This document shows positions 10,094 to 20,200 of a stretch of DNA of 64,000 nucleotides, one piece after another (within the stretch, counting starts at the first letter, position 1; each line of letters starts with the position of its first letter). This DNA is from Candidatus Cloacimonadales bacterium (GTDB lineage: Bacteria > Cloacimonadota > Cloacimonadia > Cloacimonadales > JAIOQZ01): NCBI GenBank assembly GCA_963662655.2, contig CAXXTU010000002.1:640001-704000 (forward strand), in the 5' to 3' direction. The translations under genes and the position numbers were made by a program. Below the pieces are notes generated by a model. That model searched no databases and had not been told where the DNA came from. It worked only from the letters and a program-made list of their open reading frames with translations.

Positions 10094-11458
10094 CTACTTG
10101 ACCGGGTACTTTCCATTGAAACAAGCGAAACAGTATTCATCGGGCTCGGTAACCGCCTGGCGCAGTTCATCGATGTCCAGATATCGCAGGCTGCTGACAT
10201 TGAGATACTCCCTGATCTCATCCGCAGATTTACGGTTCGCGACCAACTCATCTCGGGTTGGTGTGTCGATGCCGTAGAAGCATGAATTCTTCACGGGCGG
10301 CGAACCGATGCGCAGATGAACTTCCTTCGCTCCGTGACTCTGGAGAAGCTTAACGATCTTGCGGATCGTGGTTCCGCGAACGATGGAATCATCCACCATC
10401 ACCACGCGCTTGCCTTTGAAGAAGTTCGGCAGCGGATTGAATTTCTGGGAGACACTCTCGTCACGCACCGTTTGCTGTGGTTTGATGAACGTCCTTCCCA
10501 CGTAGTGATTACGGATCAAGCCCATCTCGTAGCGCACGCCGCTCTCCTTCGCGTAACCGAGCGCCATGGAATTGGCCGAGTCCGGGACGGGTATTACCAC
10601 ATCCGCTTCGATATCCTTGTCGCCCTGGGCCAATAACGCGCCTATGCGCTCGCGAACTTCGTATACGTTCTCGCCAAACTGATAGCTGTCCGGGCGAGAG
10701 AAATAGATATGCTCGAAAATGCAATGCTGGCTAGCCTGAATCATGCGATACTCGGCAGGATCGTTCTCGATCTCGCGATAACCGCTTTTATCGATGTGGA
10801 TGATACCGGCAGGCTTCATTTCCTTCTTCCAGACCGGCTTCACGATGTCCAGCGCGCAGCTTTCGGAGGCCACTACGAAAGCGCCGTCCTCTGTCTGTCC
10901 GTAAACCATCGGTCTGAAGGCGTACGGATCACGGAAGATTACCATTTCCTCGCCGAAAGAAAACACCGTGGAGTATGCGCCCTTGAATTCCCGCATTAAC
11001 GCCCGTATCGCGTCGAGCCAGCTCATCTTTTCGATTTCTATCTTGTAGGCGATGAATTTCAGGAGCAGCTCGCCGTCGTTGCCCGACTTGAAGTGAACGC
11101 CCTTCGATTCCAGAATCTCGCGCATCTCGTCGTAGTTGACAATATCGCCGTTACTTGCCAGCGCGTAAACCGGCCCGGCCAACGTTTCGACTACGTGCGG
11201 TTGCGAGTTGTCCTCCGTGGACGTTCCGCGCGTGGGATAACGTACGTGCCCGATCGCGATGTTGCCCTCGAGCTTTGCTAGCGCTTCGGCGCTGAACACG
11301 AACTTCACCAGCCCCATCTTCTTGCGTAGCGTAAATCCTTTTCCGTTCGAAACTGCGATTCCGCAGCTTTCCTGTCCGCGATGCTGCTCGGCAAACAATC
11401 CGAGTGTTGCCAGTTCTGCAGCCTTTGGGTGACCGAATACTCCGATGATTCCACACAT
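10094..11458 (-). CDS. purF: Amidophosphoribosyltransferase
   Basis: N-terminal MCGIIG, QHRGQE, YFSRPDS, VDDSIVRGTT. Confidence 0.97.
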   Translation of the reverse strand: MCGIIGVFGHPKAAELATLGLFAEQHRGQESCGIAVSNGKGFTLRKKMGLVKFVFSAEALAKLEGNIAIGHVRYPTRGTSTEDNSQPHVVETLAGPVYALASNGDIVNYDEMREILESKGVHFKSGNDGELLLKFIAYKIEIEKMSWLDAIRALMREFKGAYSTVFSFGEEMVIFRDPYAFRPMVYGQTEDGAFVVASESCALDIVKPVWKKEMKPAGIIHIDKSGYREIENDPAEYRMIQASQHCIFEHIYFSRPDSYQFGENVYEVRERIGALLAQGDKDIEADVVIPVPDSANSMALGYAKESGVRYEMGLIRNHYVGRTFIKPQQTVRDESVSQKFNPLPNFFKGKRVVMVDDSIVRGTTIRKIVKLLQSHGAKEVHLRIGSPPVKNSCFYGIDTPTRDELVANRKSADEIREYLNVSSLRYLDIDELRQAVTEPDEYCFACFNGKYPVK

Positions 11459-11463
11459 GGTAT

Positions 11464-12090
11464 TTATTTGTTTCCTTTCGATTTGAATGATAATTTATTC
11501 TCTGTCCCTGCCAGCAAACGCTTGATGTTCGCGTGATGACGAACAACGACCAGAGTGGCCACGATGCCGGTCAGGACAAGATATACAACGTCCGTGAATC
11601 CATTGAGATAGTTCACGACGAGATTGCTGACAAAGAGCATTACCCCCGCCAGAATCGATCCCAGCGATACGTACCGCGTCGCTGCGGTAACGACGATGAA
11701 GGTGAGAACAGCCGCAGAAAACGAGATCGGAGTCAGAAGAAGAAAGACGCCGGTTGATGTCGCGACGCCTTTACCGCCTTTGAAGCCGAGGAATACCGTG
11801 TAGTTGTGCCCCATGATGGCGGTGAATCCGATGATGGATAGCCATAGAGGGTTGTCGCCCACCAAGAGCCTTCCGATCAAGACCGCTGCCGCGCCTTTGA
11901 AAATGTCCAGTGCGAGCACGGGCAATCCAATCTTGGGTCCCAGTACGCGAACAGCGTTCGTTGCGCCAACATTCCCGCTTCCGTGTTCACGAATATCAAC
12001 TTTCTTGAACAACTTTCCGAAGATATAGCTAACCGGAATGCTGCCTAGAAGGTAGGCTGAAATCAATGAGATGATCAGTCCTTTTGCCAT
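11464..12090 (-). CDS. plsY: Glycerol-3-phosphate acyltransferase
   Basis: YLLGSIP, GSGNVGATN, FKGGKGVAT, HHANIKRL. Confidence 0.97.
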   Translation of the reverse strand: MAKGLIISLISAYLLGSIPVSYIFGKLFKKVDIREHGSGNVGATNAVRVLGPKIGLPVLALDIFKGAAAVLIGRLLVGDNPLWLSIIGFTAIMGHNYTVFLGFKGGKGVATSTGVFLLLTPISFSAAVLTFIVVTAATRYVSLGSILAGVMLFVSNLVVNYLNGFTDVVYLVLTGIVATLVVVRHHANIKRLLAGTENKLSFKSKGNK

Positions 12091-13457
12091 AATCCAAGCT
12101 CTATCATTTCTTTACGGTCGCGCTCCGAGATATGGTCGCGTCCGCGGACGAACATCCTGATCGCCGCACCGGAGAAATCAAACTCGTCGCGCAAGCGATT
12201 ATGCAGGTATCGACGATACTGCTCCGAAACCAGTTTTGCATTGTTGCAGAAGAACACGATGGTCGGCGGATGCACCATGACCTGTGTGCAATAGTAAAAT
12301 TTGATGTGTTTGCCTGTCGGGTGTGACGGCGGATACTTGGCTATTGTTGATTTAAGGAACTGATTAAGCTTCGAGGTCGGGATCCTCTGATTCGAATTGG
12401 ACATCACTTCGAGTATCGTCTCGAGCAACTTGCGGACGCGTTGGCCCGTCAGCGCCGAGCTGAAAACGATGGGCGCGTGCACCAGGAAGGGCAGTTCCCG
12501 TGCAAATTCTTTGGTGAACTTGTTCACGGTCTTGCTGTCTTTTTCCACCAGGTCCCATTTATTGAACACGACAATCATGTCCTTGTAGTTGCGGTGCGCG
12601 TACGATGCGATCCGCTTGTCCTGCATGGAGACTTCCGACGTCGCGTCCAGGATCAATAGGACGATGTCCGCCCGGTTGATGCTCTCGATGGTCCGCATGG
12701 AGCTGAAGTATTCCACGCCCTGCTTGATGCGCGTTTTCTTGCGCAGTCCGGCCGTGTCGATGAGCACGAGTTTCTTGTTGAAGTAGTTCAGCGTCGTGTC
12801 GATCGAGTCGCGCGTTGTTCCGGGGATTTCGCTGACGATCACTGTGTTTTCGCCCACGAGGCGGTTCACGATGGACGATTTCCCCACGTTTGGTTTCCCG
12901 ACGATCGCAACATGGATCGTTTCTTCATCGGTTTTCTTCTGCTCTTCCTCGATCTTCGAAGGCTTCAGCCGCTTGATCATCTCGTCCATGAAATTGCCGG
13001 TGTTGCGGCCATGTACCGCCGATATCGGGAATGGATCGTCGAAGCCGAGTTGCAGGAAGTCGTAGAGATCCAACGCGAATTTCTCGTTGTCGACCTTGTT
13101 CGCCACCAGCATGACTTTCTCGTGATGCGGGGCAAGCGTACGGGCGATCTCGATATCGATGTCGGTCGTGCCGGTATGCGCGTCCACGATGAACAGGATG
13201 AAATCAGCCTCTTCGATGGACAGTTCCGCCTGGAATTTCACCTGCTTGTCGATGGTATCGTCCGAATAGGGGATGATTCCGCCAGTGTCCACGATGACAA
13301 ACGCGTGCTCGTTCCAGATTATCTCTTCATACTTGCGATCCCTCGTGATTCCCGCTTCGGGATCGACAATCGCTTTCCTCTTGCGACACAAGCGATTAAA
13401 TAATGTTGACTTCCCTACATTCGGGCGTCCAACAATCGCTACGATTTTCTTCAACAT
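12075..13457 (-). CDS. der: Ribosome biogenesis GTPase Der (EngA)
   Basis: Two G-domains (GRPNVGKS, GKPNVGKS) plus KH-like C-terminus; start ATG 13457. Confidence 0.97.
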   Translation of the reverse strand: MLKKIVAIVGRPNVGKSTLFNRLCRKRKAIVDPEAGITRDRKYEEIIWNEHAFVIVDTGGIIPYSDDTIDKQVKFQAELSIEEADFILFIVDAHTGTTDIDIEIARTLAPHHEKVMLVANKVDNEKFALDLYDFLQLGFDDPFPISAVHGRNTGNFMDEMIKRLKPSKIEEEQKKTDEETIHVAIVGKPNVGKSSIVNRLVGENTVIVSEIPGTTRDSIDTTLNYFNKKLVLIDTAGLRKKTRIKQGVEYFSSMRTIESINRADIVLLILDATSEVSMQDKRIASYAHRNYKDMIVVFNKWDLVEKDSKTVNKFTKEFARELPFLVHAPIVFSSALTGQRVRKLLETILEVMSNSNQRIPTSKLNQFLKSTIAKYPPSHPTGKHIKFYYCTQVMVHPPTIVFFCNNAKLVSEQYRRYLHNRLRDEFDFSGAAIRMFVRGRDHISERDRKEMIELGLWQKD

Positions 13458-13604
13458 CTTGACTCTCCATTCCTTATATGAAAAAATCAGATTCTTCCGA
13501 TCACCTTTTTCTGTCAACCATAAACGTCAAACTGGAAGTGCATGCCTCCTCTGCGAACGATCTTGCAATAGATCATGGCATCTCCGGCTTGAGAGTAGCT
13601 GGGA

Positions 13605-13793
13605 GAAATACGCTCGCGTAAAGGGTGGGTGGGTCGTGCGTGGATGCTTTGGAAGGGAATTTGCCCGACCTCGAGGACGTAGAAGAATAATGGGAAAGCT
13701 CGAAATTTACTCGCGAGATGGGAATTTCAATGACAATAGCAAATTCCATTACGAAGCAACCGCGCAGGGACCTATATCTCCCGAGCGTATTTC
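13605..13793. repeat. Long imperfect inverted repeat (degenerate MITE-like) between divergent der and pgk
   Basis: GAAATACGCTCG 13605-13616 / CGAGCGTATTTC 13782-13793; inner arms GGAATTTGC 13656-13664 / GCAAATTCC 13739-13747 with further imperfect pairing. Confidence 0.55.
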
Positions 13794-13869
13794 GCTTTTA
13801 CGATGTTTTTTCTTTACAAACTGCAACGAGTCGTATAATTTAACAAAAAAAGCAATAACGGAGGTAATC

Positions 13870-15165
13870 ATGAAATTAATACATAATCTTCCCAAAGTTC
13901 AAGATGCCGATCTGCAAGGAAAAGTTGTCTTGATGCGCGTCGATCACAACGTTGTGAAAAAAGGCAAAATCAAGGATACCACCCGCATCGACGAAACGTT
14001 CCCCACAATCTGCAGGATCCTTCGCAAGGGCGGACACCTGATTCTCATGTCGCATATCGGGCGTCCGAAAGACAAGAAAACGGGGGAGATCAACATCTCC
14101 GCGAACGATTCCGTGAAACCGATCGTGGAATACCTCAAGCGCAAGCTCGACCTCGATTTCTACATCCCCGAGTTTGTTCAGGATGGTAAGAACGGCCTCC
14201 GTGGTATCGATACGTCGTTCAACTCGGCGCTGGACAAGTTGAAGAAGAAGGAAATCGATGGCATCTATCTGCCCAATACACGCTGGTTTGCCGGTGAAGA
14301 AAGCAAGGGAGAAGAAGCGGAAGAACTCGCCCGTCAATTCGCCGGAATCGCCGACGTGTTCGTCAATGACGCCTTCGGTTCGTGGCAACCGCACGTTTCC
14401 ACTGTGGGGCCAGCCAGGCTTATCCCTTCCTACGCAGGCATCCTGATGCAGAAGGAGATCGACAAGCTGTACAACATCTTCTCGCCGATCCGTCCGTTCC
14501 TGGGTATCGTGGCCGGTTCGAAGTTCGATACGAAAATCGGCCCTTTGCGAGCGCTATTGGAGAAAGCGGATCACCTGATTGTCGGCGGTGTGCTCTACAA
14601 TGCTTACTTGTGCGCCCGTTACAACATCAGCATCGAGGGTATCGGTGATGACGACGTGGCTGCGGCTCGCGAATTCATCAAGATCGCCGACCAGAATCCT
14701 GGAAAACTCATTGAACCAGCCGTGATCGTAGAATCGGAAGAGCTCGATGCCAAAACCCCTGGAAAATATCGCAGCATCCGCATCGATGAGCTCAAGCCGG
14801 GCATGAAGCTGAAATTTGTCCTCGACGCCGATCCTTCCGCATTCGAAGATGAAACGCTCAAGAATGTCATCCTGGGCGCGAAAACGATATTCACTAACGC
14901 GGTGATGGGCTTCACACCCAATTTCTGGGAAGGAACGAAGGCGATGTATTCCCTGATCGATCAGAACAAGGACGCGCTGAAACTCTTTGGCGGCGGCGAC
15001 ACCATCCAGGAATTCAAGAACCTGATGCCAACTCTTTACGAGAAGACCGTTCACGATCAGAACTACTACTTCTTCACCGGTGGAGGAACGATCCTCAAGG
15101 CGATCGAAGAGGGTTCCGCATACGGCTTGGAGCCAGTAAAGCTTCTGATTCAAAACCACGAATAA
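13870..15165 (+). CDS. pgk: Phosphoglycerate kinase
   Basis: RVDHNV, MSHIGRP, FVNDAFG, GGGDT, TGGG; GGAGG RBS before ATG 13870 (the longer ORF start is spurious). Confidence 0.93.
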   Translation: MKLIHNLPKVQDADLQGKVVLMRVDHNVVKKGKIKDTTRIDETFPTICRILRKGGHLILMSHIGRPKDKKTGEINISANDSVKPIVEYLKRKLDLDFYIPEFVQDGKNGLRGIDTSFNSALDKLKKKEIDGIYLPNTRWFAGEESKGEEAEELARQFAGIADVFVNDAFGSWQPHVSTVGPARLIPSYAGILMQKEIDKLYNIFSPIRPFLGIVAGSKFDTKIGPLRALLEKADHLIVGGVLYNAYLCARYNISIEGIGDDDVAAAREFIKIADQNPGKLIEPAVIVESEELDAKTPGKYRSIRIDELKPGMKLKFVLDADPSAFEDETLKNVILGAKTIFTNAVMGFTPNFWEGTKAMYSLIDQNKDALKLFGGGDTIQEFKNLMPTLYEKTVHDQNYYFFTGGGTILKAIEEGSAYGLEPVKLLIQNHE

Positions 15166-15212
15166 TCATAGAATTGTTACGGAAATCGCATCCTTTCAAA
15201 GGTGGGGCGATC

Positions 15213-16316
15213 ATGCATACAAGCTTCTTGAAAACGCTATGGGCCGCAGTTGTTCTGTGGGCCATAGCGTTTCCTTTATCCAGCCAGGAGTACGACCAGT
15301 GGTCATCCTCGACCGACAAAGCGTATGAGGATTACCAGCGCAGAATGGAAGATCACTACAATACATACAAAGAGCGCATCGAGCGATTGTGGAATGAATA
15401 TAAAGAGTCGACGCCAACCCAGTGGGTGGAATACTCGGCCGATGATCGCACCCGTAGCACCGTCGATTTCGAGCATGGCGAGGTAACGATTTCCACCATT
15501 GTCGAGCCGGATCAGGCGTCACCGGAAGCAAAGGCGGAGGATCAGCTCAAGCAGCAGCTTGAATCGGTGGTGAAAGAAAAAGATACCGAAGGCGTTCCGC
15601 TTCTGGAGAACCAGCTCGAGACTCCAGACCATAAACCCATCGACGATCGCAATATCGACAACGTTGCAGAAGGGCTCATGCAGGATGCGAGGGTCGAGAC
15701 GATCAACTCCCCCGACGGTTCGAAAAAGCTGAAATACACCATCACGCTCGAAATGACGCCCGATCATCTGCGTGTCCGCATCGACAAGTATCTGCCTGCG
15801 ATCAACGAGATATGCAGCAAGCATAAGATTCAGCCGTCGGTCGTGTTGGCAATGATTCATACGGAATCGTCATTCAATCCCAGGGCATTCAATCGCTCCA
15901 GCGGGGCGTGCGGCCTGATGCAGATCGTACCCCGCTTTGCAGGCCTGGCCATGAATCAGGAAATCTACGGGAAGGATAGCCGACCAACTTCCGAAGAGCT
16001 CTTCGACGCAAGACGAAACCTCGAGATGGGCATCGGTTATCTAAAGCACATTCGCCGGTACTACTTCGATGCGGTAACAGACCATCGCAGTCAGTATTAT
16101 TGCATGATATCCGGTTACAACGGCGGGTCGGGGAATGTGTACAGGGCGGTAACAGGCAAGACGAGGAAATGTGACGCGTTCGATCAGAAAGTCAACGGAA
16201 TGAATTCTTCATCGTTCCTCAAGTTTTTGGCAGCGAAACTTCCACACGCGGAGACGCGCAATTATCTGAAAACGGTTGTCGAACGCTCTGAGAGCTACGG
16301 CGGAATAAAAAGCTGA
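15213..16316 (+). CDS. Lytic murein transglycosylase (MltC-like: N-terminal DUF3393-like region plus SLT domain)
   Basis: Signal peptide, IHTESSFNP, GLMQIVP, YNGG, ETRNY. Confidence 0.85.
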   Translation: MHTSFLKTLWAAVVLWAIAFPLSSQEYDQWSSSTDKAYEDYQRRMEDHYNTYKERIERLWNEYKESTPTQWVEYSADDRTRSTVDFEHGEVTISTIVEPDQASPEAKAEDQLKQQLESVVKEKDTEGVPLLENQLETPDHKPIDDRNIDNVAEGLMQDARVETINSPDGSKKLKYTITLEMTPDHLRVRIDKYLPAINEICSKHKIQPSVVLAMIHTESSFNPRAFNRSSGACGLMQIVPRFAGLAMNQEIYGKDSRPTSEELFDARRNLEMGIGYLKHIRRYYFDAVTDHRSQYYCMISGYNGGSGNVYRAVTGKTRKCDAFDQKVNGMNSSSFLKFLAAKLPHAETRNYLKTVVERSESYGGIKS

Positions 16317-16324
16317 GATATCCT

Positions 16325-17209
16325 CTATTGCTCTGACGCTTCGTGATAGGCCCGAATCTTCGTCCCGCTGGTTCTTGCCGCCTTGTGGGAAGCCATTTCA
16401 TCCACAAACGCTTCATCGTTCGGAAATGAACTGCTGATATACCTCGTATGCAAAAGAACGAACTTCGAGTAGCGTTCGATCACCTTGCAAACCCTGCTGA
16501 AGTTGAGATACGTCTTGCTCGGGTACAGATTGATCACCTCGAGTCCGCCGTTTATCGAATCGATGTAGGAATCGATCAAGCTTCTCTTCAGCTCCAGAGA
16601 ACCCTTACCCGCAAGGATGCTGAACGCGGGGTAGTAACCGAAATCTTCCTCGAACCAGTAGATCGCGCGATTGTCCCCGGCGTAGCCGACGATGTCGGGC
16701 GTCGAGCTCGTAAACGCCTCGATGTCACCTTTGAAGTATGCTCTCTTCATCGACTTGATCGACGGGAACAGCTTGATATCCCACCCCATTTGCTTCTTCT
16801 CGTTCAGGGCGAGGCTCAGCTCCGCAAGATTGCTTGAATTTACTGTTCCGATCACCTTCCCCCTCAAGTCCTCAATGGATTCAAGCGAGGACGACGCTAC
16901 GATCCCGCCGCCTCCACGCTGCAAAGGTTGAAGGACTTTTGAGGATTTCGTTTCGTCCAATAGGGCATAGGTTGCCGGGAGTGCCGCCAGGTCGACACGC
17001 CCCTTTTGAAGCGCGGCAAATAGCTTCTCTTCACTCGAATAGGTTCGGAACTCTACTTTCTCCCGTGGGAAATACTCGGCCTCGATGGCGAATCGAAGGG
17101 GGAAGGAAGCGATTTGATCCTCCACCACACCCACGTAGATGATATCCAGTTGGTTCGTACAACCTGAGAGGAGCACGACAACAGCGAAAACGGCAAAGAT
17201 GAATCTCAT
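16325..17209 (-). CDS. ABC transporter substrate-binding lipoprotein (NMT1/SsuA-like)
   Basis: Lipobox LLSGC, ALQKGRVDLA, SIEDLRGKVIG. Confidence 0.7.
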   Translation of the reverse strand: MRFIFAVFAVVVLLSGCTNQLDIIYVGVVEDQIASFPLRFAIEAEYFPREKVEFRTYSSEEKLFAALQKGRVDLAALPATYALLDETKSSKVLQPLQRGGGGIVASSSLESIEDLRGKVIGTVNSSNLAELSLALNEKKQMGWDIKLFPSIKSMKRAYFKGDIEAFTSSTPDIVGYAGDNRAIYWFEEDFGYYPAFSILAGKGSLELKRSLIDSYIDSINGGLEVINLYPSKTYLNFSRVCKVIERYSKFVLLHTRYISSSFPNDEAFVDEMASHKAARTSGTKIRAYHEASEQ

Positions 17210-17229
17210 AAACTATAACCTCACCCGGA

Positions 17230-20200
17230 TCATCTGTAAACGATCATCTTGCCCGTTTTCTCGGTCGATTTCTTCGATACAGGCTCACTCACTTCGATCT
17301 TGTAGATGTACGTGTTGTTGGCGATCCAATCGCCGTCCCCATCGCGAACATTCCAGCGGATCTGGTTATAACCGCGCTTGCATCCCGAGCGCTCGATCGT
17401 CTTGATCTTGCGGCCGGTAATGGTGTATACGCTGATCTTGGCGTTGTAGCGCGTGGATGAATCGGCATTGTGCGAAATAACGAATGTGAAGTGGAAATCC
17501 TCGTCGCCCTTGTATGGATTCGGGTAGGGTAGGATGTCCGATAGCTTGATGTCCGTTCCGATATCGGCATCGGTGGAAACCTTGAAATCGATATGCTGAA
17601 CCGACGGTTCGTTAGCGTTGTCGAATGCGATCAGCTCGAGCGTGTGGCTTCCTCTCGAAATCCCCTCCAACTGCCAGTTCAGCTCACCGCGCGTGAAGGA
17701 ATCGAGGTTGTAGGAGAATCCTTCGGTGATATCGATGAACGTGTTGTCGTCGTCGATACGGGCAAGAATCTTGTGACCTGGTTTTCCAAGGATGTTAACG
17801 CCGGTGCTGTCCGAGATGCCTGCGATCAGGAGCGGATCGGACGTTACGGTGTCTTCTTCCTGGAAGTCTTTCGAATCCAGCCAGATACTTATTTCAGGCG
17901 AGTCGTCGTTTTCGATGTATTCGGCGTTGGTGCTCAACGTCACCGGATAGAGGTAGGAGACTCTCGAATCGGTGCCGTCCTCTGTCATGGCGATCATTCT
18001 TCCGGTCTCGCCGCCTGCGATGTCGTAAGGGATGATGAAGGTAGCGTCAAAGTCACCGGAAACAACACTCACCTCGCCGCGGAAAAGTGGATTGGACATT
18101 TCCGTCCAGGTAGCAACGGCGGTGTCGGTGGCCCAATACTGTTTCTCGGTAACGGCGTCGTAGACGCGCAGCATGGTCTGGCCCTCTTCGATGGCGCTCA
18201 TATCGTCTAGATTGAAATCGCCGGAGATATTGACCGTCTGCAAAGCATGAAGGCTGTCCGCGTCGTTGGTGACAACGATGTTTTCTTCTCGGGCAGGTGG
18301 TACGAGGCGTAACACCGGGTCTCCGAGGAGGGCGTAGCGCTCGTTGTTCCCCGGACTGTTATAGATGCTCTTGGCGTTCATGAGCGAGAGGCCCAGGGCT
18401 CTGCGCGAGTTACACATCTGTTCGAGGAAAACGCCCATAAGTCCTGTGTTGTTGCCGCCGGTGGTTTCGCACGTACCGGCAAGGGACGCGATCGCGCCGC
18501 CATCCTCCGAGAAGAGTATCTCTTCAGCGAGGCAATTGGTCTCGTAGTTGTCGAATTTACCCACCGAGCAGGATGCGGCGATGAAGAGGGGCAGTTTGTC
18601 CGCATTGTGAAGCTGCGGGATATCGCTGATGGAGAGGTATTTCTCATCGCCAAGAACGTGCGTTGCTCCGTGGCCCGTATAGTACATGACCAGCAAGCCG
18701 TCGTTCATCTTCTCGATAAGGAGGTCGCGCACCTGGGGTTTTGCGTTGAAGGCGTCCAGCTCGTACTCGATCGCCATGAGCATATCGACGTATACCGCGG
18801 GATTGATCTGCTCCGCGTTCGTTTGCGCGTTGTTCGTGTGCTCCACCTGCGAAATACTTCCGGAGTTGTACTGGTCGTCCGCAAGGATGAGGATTCGATT
18901 TTTCCAGTAACCGGCTGTCGGATTCTCCATGAACTGGCGCGTGCGGTCGATCATGAGTTGCAGATCGGCCGTCGTCTGGGCGGGATATCGTCCGATCGCC
19001 ATCTCGGGCTGGTCGTCGTCCGTGAAATAGACGAAGTAGTCGTCGCTGGTGGTGGAGCTTATCTGGTACGCGATGATTTTGTTCTTGGGGACGTTCGACT
19101 CGGCAAAGTTTCGCCAGTCGTAGACACCGGCTCCCAACAAGACGGCGTATGTGAGCGTGTTCAAGGTGTCCGTTTGCACGGAATGTTTCAGGAACATTTT
19201 TACTCCGTTCGGGTCCGGCATACCGCCGGAGAATTGGTCGAACACTTCCTGCTGCAAGACGACCTGCGTGTCGAAATCGTACTGATCTTTATAAAGGGCG
19301 GCAAGCTCTTCGGCTCCGCTTTGGAATTCCTTCGGAGTGATGATGACCACTTCGCGGGACTGCGGTTGCGCGATATCTTTCGGTGAGTAGAGAGAAATAT
19401 CGTCGACGGAATAGAAATCGCCGGTGTTCACAACGTAAATGCGGGTGTCCGTATTGCCATTGGCGACGAATGAAAATCCCTGCGACTGGCTATCGTATTC
19501 AGAGATCGGTCTGATCTTGATGCGATCGAAGTCGTCGACCTCGAATGCCATCATGGTGCTGGAATAAGCGTTCGAGAATACATACTCAACGTTTTCTCCC
19601 ACATCGAGGAGGTCCACGTTGATCAAGAACTGGCCCGACCGCTTATTGAGCAGTTTGTAATACTCCAGCTCGTAATAATCGAGCAGGATGTTCGTGGCCG
19701 ATGTTCTCGTCAGGCGAACCGTGATGTCGTTGGTATCGTTCCGGGAAAAGTCGCTCGTTCCCGTGAACGTACGATAGTATGGCCCGTTCCATGTATTTTC
19801 GAGGATCGAAGTGTCGTTGATGAATACTTCGATCTGGTGGTGGTTGCTGTTGACGCCGGAAGAAGAAAGCTCGCGCACGGTGATGCGGAAGGTCTGATCT
19901 TCGGCGGTATCAAGGTCGGTGAGATTGTAGGAGAGATCGTAATCGGTGATGGAAGTGCCCTGATACCCGAATTGCTGCGTGTACCAGTCGAAGCCGTCGT
20001 CTTCTCTGCGGATCTTCTCCTGTTCATAGCGGAGCTTCTGGAAGGTGTTGGTTCTCGAACTCGAAGCGGAACCGGCGCTCTCACTGACAATTCTCGATGG
20101 CGATGTGTCGCCTTCACCGAATGTAAGCCAATAGATTCCCGCCTGAGAATAGGGATTGAAAAAATGGTTGGGCTCGATTTCCTCGTTCAGGTCGTAATCG

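Noticed and set aside
13623..13633. GGGTGGGTGGG as a G-quadruplex
   Set aside because: Only three closely spaced G-runs
13273..13869. 200-aa N-terminal extension of Pgk
   Set aside because: Overlaps der and a palindromic element; a GGAGG RBS supports ATG 13870
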